Shown here: positions 11,873-21,252 of the stretch, one piece after another | How the letters are laid out: each line of letters begins with the position of its first letter | Position numbering within the stretch: position 1 is the first letter of the stretch | DNA from: Octopus vulgaris | Taxonomy: Eukaryota | Assembly (NCBI GenBank): GCA_951406725.2 | Contig: CATOCA020000044.1 | Span: forward strand, 1 to 21,252 | Length of the DNA: 21,252 nucleotides | Direction: 5' to 3' | Position numbers and translations under genes: made by a program | The notes under the pieces: model-generated | What the model was told of the DNA's origin: nothing | The model's database searches: none | The model's input: only the letters and a program-made list of their open reading frames with translations

Positions 11873-14869
11873 TCATGGAGGCTTTCTAGCAACTGCTATT
11901 TGGTGCATGAGAGAGTTCATGCAGCTGCCCTCATCTGCCCCTCCTGCCGTGAAGTTGGTTCATCTGGGACACCTGACAGGAAGAGATCCAGCTTCATTTT
12001 AAAGACATCTGTATCCACCCCATGCAGGTCTCTCAGGTTCTTCGGGAGGATATTGAAGAGCTGTGGGCCTCGGAAGCCCAGGCTATCACAGAATCTTGTC
12101 CTACATCTTGATGGCAGGTTTGGAGTCCTAGGCACCACGCAGTGGCGCCCAGTTCTGGCATTTGCGTAACTCTCGATGCCAAAGTTCAGGACACTTCCCT
12201 CCAGGATCTTCCAGATGTATATTATGGCATATCTTTCCCGCCTACGCTCCAGGGAATATAATTTTAATCTCTTGAGTCTTTCCCAGTAGCTTACATTCTG
12301 CATAGAGGCTATCTTCTTTGTGTAGCTTCGTTGGATCGCCTCAAGTTCTGTGATCAACTTGACACTGGATGGTGACCATAGCTGAGAGCAATAGTCAAAG
12401 TGGCTTAGGACAAGTGTCTTCCAGAGGACCATCATGGTTTCTTGTTCTCTTGTTCTAGAGGTTCTAAGAATCCATCCAGCCAGCCGTCTACATTTCATTG
12501 TCAGTTTAGCAACATGTACATGAAAGGTCGCGTCATCACTCATGTGAATAACCAGGTCACGCACTGATTGTGCCTCTGGGATTGCAATCCCTCCGGGTCC
12601 AGTGTATTCATTGGGTATTGCATTCAGTTTTGCATGCTGATAGTATAAAGCTTGAAACTTTCCAGCATTGAACTGCATGCTATTCTTTTTCAGCCCACTT
12701 GCATATTTCGTCCAGCTCACATTGCAGGTGTTTAGTGTCCTCAGGGTTCTGTATTGCCTGTGAAACTTTTGTATCATCTGCATAACTTGTGATCGTGGCT
12801 CTCTGCGTGGCTGAGGGCATGTCTGAGAGGGCCATTATGAACAGTAGTGGTCCCAGAACAGTGCCCTGCGGAACACCGCTCACTATTTGTGTGTTAATGG
12901 AGGTGGCCCCATTGGCTTACTACCACCTGACTTCTATCCTTCAGAAAGTCATGAAGCCATTCTCCCAGTTTTCCAACTATGTTGAGATCACGCAGTTTGT
13001 GACATATCATTCCATGATCGACTTTATCAAAGGCCTTTGCAAAGTCGAGATATATCACTTCCACATTTGAGTGGTTGAGCAGGCGTTTCAGCACCCAGTC
13101 ATAGTGTTGTAGGAGCTGAGTTAAACAGCTTCTCCCTGGTCGGAAACCATGTTGGGTGTCGGGCAGCAAGTCATTCTCTTCAAGGAAGGTGATCAGCTTC
13201 CTTCTGACTATTCGTTCCATGACCTTGCTGATGTGTGAGGTCAGAGAGATAGGTCTATAGTTCTTGGCTTCCGCTCTGCTACCTCCTTTATGAATGGGGC
13301 ATATTTTACCTTCCTTCAGTTTTCCTGGAAGTTTGCCAGCTGCAAGGAAGCTCTGAAAGAGGAACTGCAGTGGTCTTGCTAGGACTCTCTTACATGCTTT
13401 TAGGAGGATTGCCGGGAATCCATCGGGGCCAGTAGCTGAGTCTGTTTTCATTTCATCTATAGCCTTGGTTACATCGTCTTCCTTTATATCGATGTAATCT
13501 ATCGTCGCCGCCTCTGATTTTATATCTGCAGTGGTAAAAAAGTCAGTTGGATTGGTGATTTGGAGATGCCCAAGGGGTGGAGTGAAACACTCTTGAATTG
13601 CTCATTCAGTATTTCACTTACCCTCATTGGTTTTCCTGTAAGTGTGCCATCCTTTTCGAGGAGTGGCCCTATTCTACAGTGCACTGTAGCTGTTTCTTTG
13701 GCATACCTGTAGAAAGCTCTGGGGTTAGATTTTATGTTTTCTATAGCCCAGGCTTCTTTGTCTGCTCTTTCTTTTTCATGGGAGAGTTGCAGACATTTTT
13801 CGATTTCCAACAGTTTTATTTTTAGGCGGGACTTTTCACTGCTTTCAATCTGTTTGTTTAGGCGATTTGAAAATTTTCGTACGCCGTCTCATTAAAATTT
13901 TCCTCTCTCTGGGGATTTTGTTCTTGTGTACAGTGGCCTTTCTCTCTGGGACACATTTGTAGCATATGGCTTGCATTACAGACATGAATTGTTGAAGTTT
14001 CACGTCGATGTCTGGCGAGGAGAGACATTCAGGCCAGTTTTGTTTGAGGATCTCTTTTCAATTTGTTTCCAGTTTGCCTTATGGTAGTTCAAGCTGGAAA
14101 GATTCTGAGGGTTTCTTGTAGGCTGCATGTCCGCGCACTCTTTGGCCCGTACATGGTCAGCTCTATCATGTTGTGATCCGAGAGTAGTGTCGGTGTCACT
14201 TTCACATTATGGATGAGATCCATGTCATTTGTGAAGCAGAGATCCAGTGTGTTACCTGCCCTGGTTGGTTGGGAGTATTACCTGCTCCATGTACAGGGTG
14301 TTGATGAGGTTCAGGAGGGACCTCGCCTGTCCTCGTTCACATCTTGTCATTCCTGGGAGAGAAAGGCCCTCGGGCCATCTGACATTGGGCAGATTGAAGT
14401 CTCCCATAAGAAGCACACCTATGTGTTGTTCTAATGTGGTTAGAACTTCTTCTATTTTTATAAGGCAGTCTTCGAACTTGCCCACATGGCTTGGGGCATC
14501 TGGAGGGCGATATGTAGCACACACAACTACATCAAGTTGCCTAATATGTACAATTAGTGTGTCACACACCGAGTTTGAGTATGACAAGAGGACCTGGGGT
14601 GTGAGGTCCTCACGGATGTACATAGCAACACCTCCATGACTCCTTTCTTTCCTGTCGGTCCGTAGTACAGCATACTGTGGTATGTGTAACTCCGCATCTG
14701 CTATGTCCGGTTTCAGGTGCGTTTCTGTAAGTGCTATGCATAAGGCTTGATTGCATGCAACAAAGTCTCTCAGGAACGGGATCTTTGTCCTGTTACTGAG
14801 TGTTTGCAGTCCTCTGATGTTCAGTAGGAGTATCGAGGTGAGGTGTACGTTGTTGCCGGCGGTGTCCAT
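11873..14869 (-). pseudogene. LINE ORF2 (APE + RT), copy 2, frameshifted
   Basis: ATG at 14869. ORF-track fragments 14252-14977 (APE), 13520-13810, 12894-13451, 12680-12883 (YADD) and 11917-12783 tile the copy-1 protein. Single-base indels near 14272, 14056, 12917, 12688 and 11919. Confidence 0.92.
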
Positions 14870-15376
14870 CCTGTGTCTGTTTGCTGTGGTGGTCTGGTAT
14901 ATAGTGGGTAGTCCCACCTGCGGGCTTGGGTTTGATGAAGCCAGGTCAGCTGCTGTACAATCTTTTGTGCCATGCACAAAAAAGATTGTTGCTCAGCAGC
15001 TGCCCTTTCGACAACATCATGTTGGCTGTTTGTGGCACGCACAACATCTGCGTACCTCCGCTTTGGGGCAGGTAGTGCGTGGTCCATCCTTTTCCTTGTG
15101 TTGATGGTTTGTCCATCTGCCTCGTGTCTCTGTGGCAGGGTCCCCGATGTGCAAAGCGGCAGCCTGCACCTACCTTTCCGTGCCAGCAGGAACCTCTCAG
15201 GTAGAACATACACACCCGTGTGCGCTGTTTGGTTCCATCCTTTTATGTTCCACTTCTACTCCTGGTTGTTTCACTCTTTGGTCCTGCTTGAGCTTTTTCT
15301 TTTCCTTTAGCTCTTCCAGTCCCTTCTTTTAGTTCTTCTTCCTCCCTCTACCTCTTCACCAGGGTTCTCCGTCTCC
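14821..15376 (-). pseudogene. C-terminal part of LINE ORF1 with CCCH zinc finger (5'-truncated, frameshifted)
   Basis: Lys/Glu-rich stretch ([14 protein letters not shown]), then CMFYLRGSCWHGKVGAGCRFAH (C-x7-C-x8-C-x3-H, 15147-15212). In an adjacent frame, ..PKRRYADVVRA..QSFLCMAQKIVQQL..PPQQ..* ends at 14821 and overlaps the ORF2 start. Joining these frames into one ORF is inference. Confidence 0.65.
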
Positions 15377-16414
<1,038 letters not shown>

Positions 16415-19400
16415 TGATTGATTGATTGATTGATTCTAGTTTCAGCCTATGAGCTGTGGCCATGCTGGGGCACCGCCATTTGGTGTTGCTACTTGGTTTC
16501 ACTTCATGGAGGCTTTCTAGCAACTGCTATTTGGTGCATGAGAGAGTTCGATGCAGCTGCCCTCATCTGCCCCTCCTGCCGTGAAGTTGGTTCATCTGGG
16601 ACACCTGACAGGAAGAGATCCAGCTTCATTTTAAAGACATCTGTATCCACCCCATGCAGGTCTCTCAGGTTCTTCGGGAGGATATTGAAGAGCTGTGGGC
16701 CTCGGAAGCCCAGGCTATCACAGAATCTTGTCCTACATCTTGATGGCAGGTTTGGAGTCCTAGGCACCACGCAGTGGCGCCCAGTTCTGGCATTTGCGTA
16801 ACTCTCGATGCCAAAGTTCAGGACACTTCCCTCCAGGATCTTCCAGATGTATATTATGGCATATCTTTCCCGCCTACGCTCCAGGGAATATAATTTTAAT
16901 CTCTTGAGTCTTTCCCAGTAGCTTACATTCTGCATAGAGGCTATCTTCTTTGTGTAGCTTCGTTGGATCGCCTCAAGTTCTGTGATCAACTTGACACTGG
17001 ATGGTGACCATAGCTGAGAGCAATAGTCAAAGTGGCTTAGGACAAGTGTCTTCCAGAGGACCATCATGGTTTCTTGTTCTCTTGTTCTAAAGGTTCTAAG
17101 AATCCATCCAGCCAGCCGTCTACATTTCATTGTCAGTTTAGCAACATGTACATGAAAGGTCGCGTCATCACTCATGTGAATACCCAGGTCACGCACTGAT
17201 TGTGCCTCTGGGATTGCAATCCCTCCGGGTCCAGTGTATTCATTGGGTATTGCATTCAGTTTTGCATGCTGATAGTATAAAGCTTGAAACTTTCCAGCAT
17301 TGAACTGCATGCTATTCTTTTCAGCCCACTTGTATATTTCGTCCAGCTCACATTGCAGGTGTTTAGTGTCCTCAGGGTTCTGTATTGCCTGTGAAACTTT
17401 TGTATCATCTGCATAACTTGTGATCGTGGCTCTCTGCGTGGCTGAGGGCATGTCTGAGAGGGCCATTATGAACAGTAGTGGTCCCAGAACAGTGCCCTGC
17501 GGAACACCGCTCACTATTTGTGTGTTAATGGAGGTGGCCCCATTGGCTACTACCACCTGATCTTCTATCCTTGAGAAAGTCATGAAGCCATTCTCCCAGT
17601 TTTCCAACTATGTTGAGATCACGCAGTTTGTGACATATCATTCCATGATCGACTTTATCAAAGGCCTTTGCAAAGTCGATATATCACTTCCACATTTGAG
17701 TGGTTGAGCAGGCGTTTTCAGCACCCAGTCATAGTGTTGTAGGAGCTGAGTTAAACAGCTTCTCCCTGGTCGGAAACCATGTTGGGTGTCGGGCAGCAAG
17801 TCATTCTCTTCAAGGAAGGTGATCAGCTTCCTTTCTGACTATTCGTTCCATGACCTTGCTGATGTGTGAGGTCAGAGAGATAGGTCTATAGTTCTTGGCT
17901 TCGCTCTGCCTCCTCCTTTATGAATGGGGCATATTTTACCTTCCTTCAGTTTTCCTGGAAGTTTGCCAGCTGCAAGGAAGCTCTGAAAGAGGAACTGCAG
18001 TGGTCTTGCTAGGACTCTCTTACATGCTTTTAGGAGGATTGCCTGAATCCATCGGGGCCAGTAGCAAGCTGAGTCTGTTTTCATTTCATCTATAGCCTTG
18101 GTTACATCGTCTTCATTTATATCGATGTAATCTATCGTCGCCGCCTCTGATTTTATATCTGCAGTGGTAAAAAAGTCAGTTGGATTGGTGGATTTGGAGA
18201 TGCCCAAGGGGTGGAGTGAAAACACTCTTGAATTGCTCATTCAGTATTTCACTTACCCTCATTGGTTTTCCTGTAAGTGTGCCATCCTTTTCAAGGAGTG
18301 GCCCTATTCTACAGTGCACTGTAGCTGTTTCTTTGGCATACCTGTAGAAAGCTCTGGGGTTAGATTTTATGTTTTCTATAGCCCAGGCTTCTTTGTCTGC
18401 TCTTTCCTTTTCATGGGAGTTTCAGGCTTCTTTGGCAGTTTCCTTTCCTTTTCAGTTACATTTTTCTTTTCGATTTCCAACAGTTTTATTTTTAGGCGGG
18501 ACTTTTCACTGCTTTCAATCTGTTTGTTTTAGGCGATTTGAAAATTTCGTACGCCGTCTCATTAAAATTTTCCTCTCTCTGGGGATTTTGTTCTTGTGTA
18601 CAGTGGCCTTTCTCTCTGGGACACATTTGTAGCATATGGCTTGCATTACAGACATGAATTGTTGAAGTTTCACGTCGATGTCTGGCGAGGAGAGACATTC
18701 AGGCCAGTTTTGTTTGAGGATCTCTTTTCAATTTGTTTCCAGTTTGCCTTATGGTAGTTCAAGCTGGAAAGATTTTGAGGGTTTCTTGTAGGCTGCATGT
18801 CCGTGCTCTCTTTTGGCCCGTACATGGTCAGCTCTATCATGTTGTGATCCGAGAGTAGTGTCGGTGTCACTTTCACATTATGGATGAGATCCATGTCATT
18901 TGTGAAGCAGAGATCCAGTGTGTTACCTGCCCTGGTTGGTTGGAGTATTACCTGCTCCATGTACAGGGTGTTGATGAGGTTCAGGAGGACCTCGCCTGTC
19001 CTCGTTCACATCTTGTCATTCTTGGGAGAGAAAGGCCCTCGGGCCATCTGACATTGGGCAGATTGAAGTCTCCCATAAGAAGCACACCTATGTGTTGTTC
19101 TAATGTGGTTAGAATTTCTTCTATTTTTATAAGGCAGTCTTCGAACTTGCCCACATGGCTTGGGGCATCTGGAGGGCGATATGTAGCACACACAACTACA
19201 TCAAGTTGCCTAATATGTACAATTAGTGTGTCACACACCGAGTTTGAGTATGACAAGAGGACCTGGGGTGTGAGGTCCTCACGGATGTACATAGCAACAC
19301 CTCCATGACTCCTTTCTTTCCTGTCGGTCCGTAGTACAGCATACTGTGGTATGTGTAACTCCGCATCTGCTATGTCCGGTTTCAGGTGCGTTTCTGTAAG

Positions 19401-19514
19401 TGCTATGCATAAGGCTTGATTGCATGCAACAAAGTCTCTCAGGAACGGGATCTTTGTCCTGTTACTGAGTGTTTGCAGTCCTCTGATGTTCAGTAGGAGT
19501 ATCGAGGTGAGGTG
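16415..19514 (-). mobile_element. CR1-group LINE, copy 3, 5'-truncated ~8 codons into ORF2
   Basis: (TGAT)5 tail at 16415-16434. Identity to copies 1 and 2 ends at GAGGTGAGGTG (19514), followed by (TA)n. Confidence 0.95.
16504..19514 (-). pseudogene. LINE ORF2 (APE + RT), copy 3, frameshifted
   Basis: Fragments 18981-19517 (APE), 18670-18960, 17872-18240 and 16504-17607 (RT core with YADD through an intact C-terminus ..VARKPP*). Several indels and a scrambled insertion at ~18420-18470. Confidence 0.92.
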
Positions 19515-20529
<1,015 letters not shown>

Positions 20530-20530
<1 letters not shown>

Positions 20531-21252
20531 TATCAACAATTGAGGGTAAAATTAATTAGTTATTAATCAATTTCACCAAGTATTCAGTATGTAAAAGGAC
20601 CATCCAAGGCGAATTCAAAATATTACATTATATAATTAGGGCTTAGTAAAATAAATTACTTTGCCACATACTGAATTTGCTAGAAATAGCAGCCAAAAAA
20701 GTTTTTTTGCCATTTCCACTACTTAAAAAAATTTCTCTCAGATAATGTTTACTCAAAATAACTCACGAAGGTATGGAGGTAAAAACAGAAAAATATCACA
20801 AGTACAAAGATTATTTGAGAACGTTAACGTTTCTAGATTAGCCAAATAAACTCAGCATTTCTTTCGTCAGCTCAACATTTCTTATTTTGGATTTGGAAGC
20901 ACTAAAAAGAAAGAACATACCCTTTGGCGACTTATCACCTCAGATGACCCGTTCAGACTGCCAGTACCAACAAATTCAAAATGTGCAAGCGAAGATTCCC
21001 TGCTCTCCTCTTCCACCCACGTGGGTTATCTAGCAAACATTATATTTTAACGGTGAGAACCGAGGCAATATGACAGAGAGAAATGAATTATAATATCAAC
21101 AATTGAGGGTAAAATTAATTAGTTATTAATCAATTTCACCAAGTATTCAGTATGTAAAAGGACCATCCAAGGCGAATTCAAAATATTACATTATATAATT
21201 AGGGCTCAGTAAAATAAATTACTTTGCCACATACTGAATTTGCTAGAAATAG
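20530..21252. repeat. Direct (tandem) repeat with 563 bp period; second unit cut off by the window edge
   Basis: 20530-20689 (ATATCAACAATTGAGGGT...GCTAGAAATAG) is repeated at 21093-21252. I see one difference (GGGCTTAG vs GGGCTCAG). Confidence 0.93.
20806..20883 (-). ncRNA. Candidate type I hammerhead ribozyme
   Basis: The minus strand reads AAGAaatg-TTGAG-CTGACGA-aAGAaatGCTGAGtttaTTTGGCtaaTCTa-GAAA-CGTTAACG-TT-CTCAA-ataaTCTT. Core CUGANGA is at 20870-20864 and GAAA at 20833-20830. Stem I is TTGAG/CTCAA, stem III is palindromic, and the triplet is GUU. The first stem II pair is an A-A mismatch. Confidence 0.7.

Noticed and set aside
20940-20985. Possible SECIS-like or second ribozyme motif (CAGATGA; TGAA..CTGA on the minus strand)
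   Set aside because: The core is not CUGANGA, the pairing is weak, and there is no apical AA motif or associated UGA-containing ORF in the window.

Overview
Eukaryotic (non-prokaryotic), microsatellite-saturated DNA with no recognisable host gene. Nearly all long '[12 protein letters not shown]' ORFs are translation artefacts of (TA)n, (CA)n and (TG)n tracts. The real content is retroelements sitting in those tracts. (1) Three near-identical copies of one CR1-group non-LTR retrotransposon (APE endonuclease + reverse transcriptase ORF2, short 3' UTR, (ATCA)5-6 tail): 2156-5249 (+), 11777-15376 (-, also carrying the 3' part of a CCCH zinc-finger ORF1) and 16415-19514 (-). Each ends directly in a (TA)n array. 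(2) A heavily disrupted Penelope-like element (RT followed by a C-terminal GIY-YIG domain, Neptune-like) at ~6784-8696, which the ORF track misses. It is enclosed by ~0.7 kb inverted repeats (6078-6782 / 10097-10830) that contain a ~44 bp minisatellite. (3) A 563 bp-period direct repeat at the right edge that carries a candidate type I hammerhead ribozyme on the minus strand (pLTR/retrozyme-like). Homopolymer indels and microsatellite-like overwriting of coding sequence suggest a noisy long-read consensus, so frameshifts and array lengths should be treated cautiously. The host species cannot be determined from the window; an SSR-rich invertebrate is only a guess.
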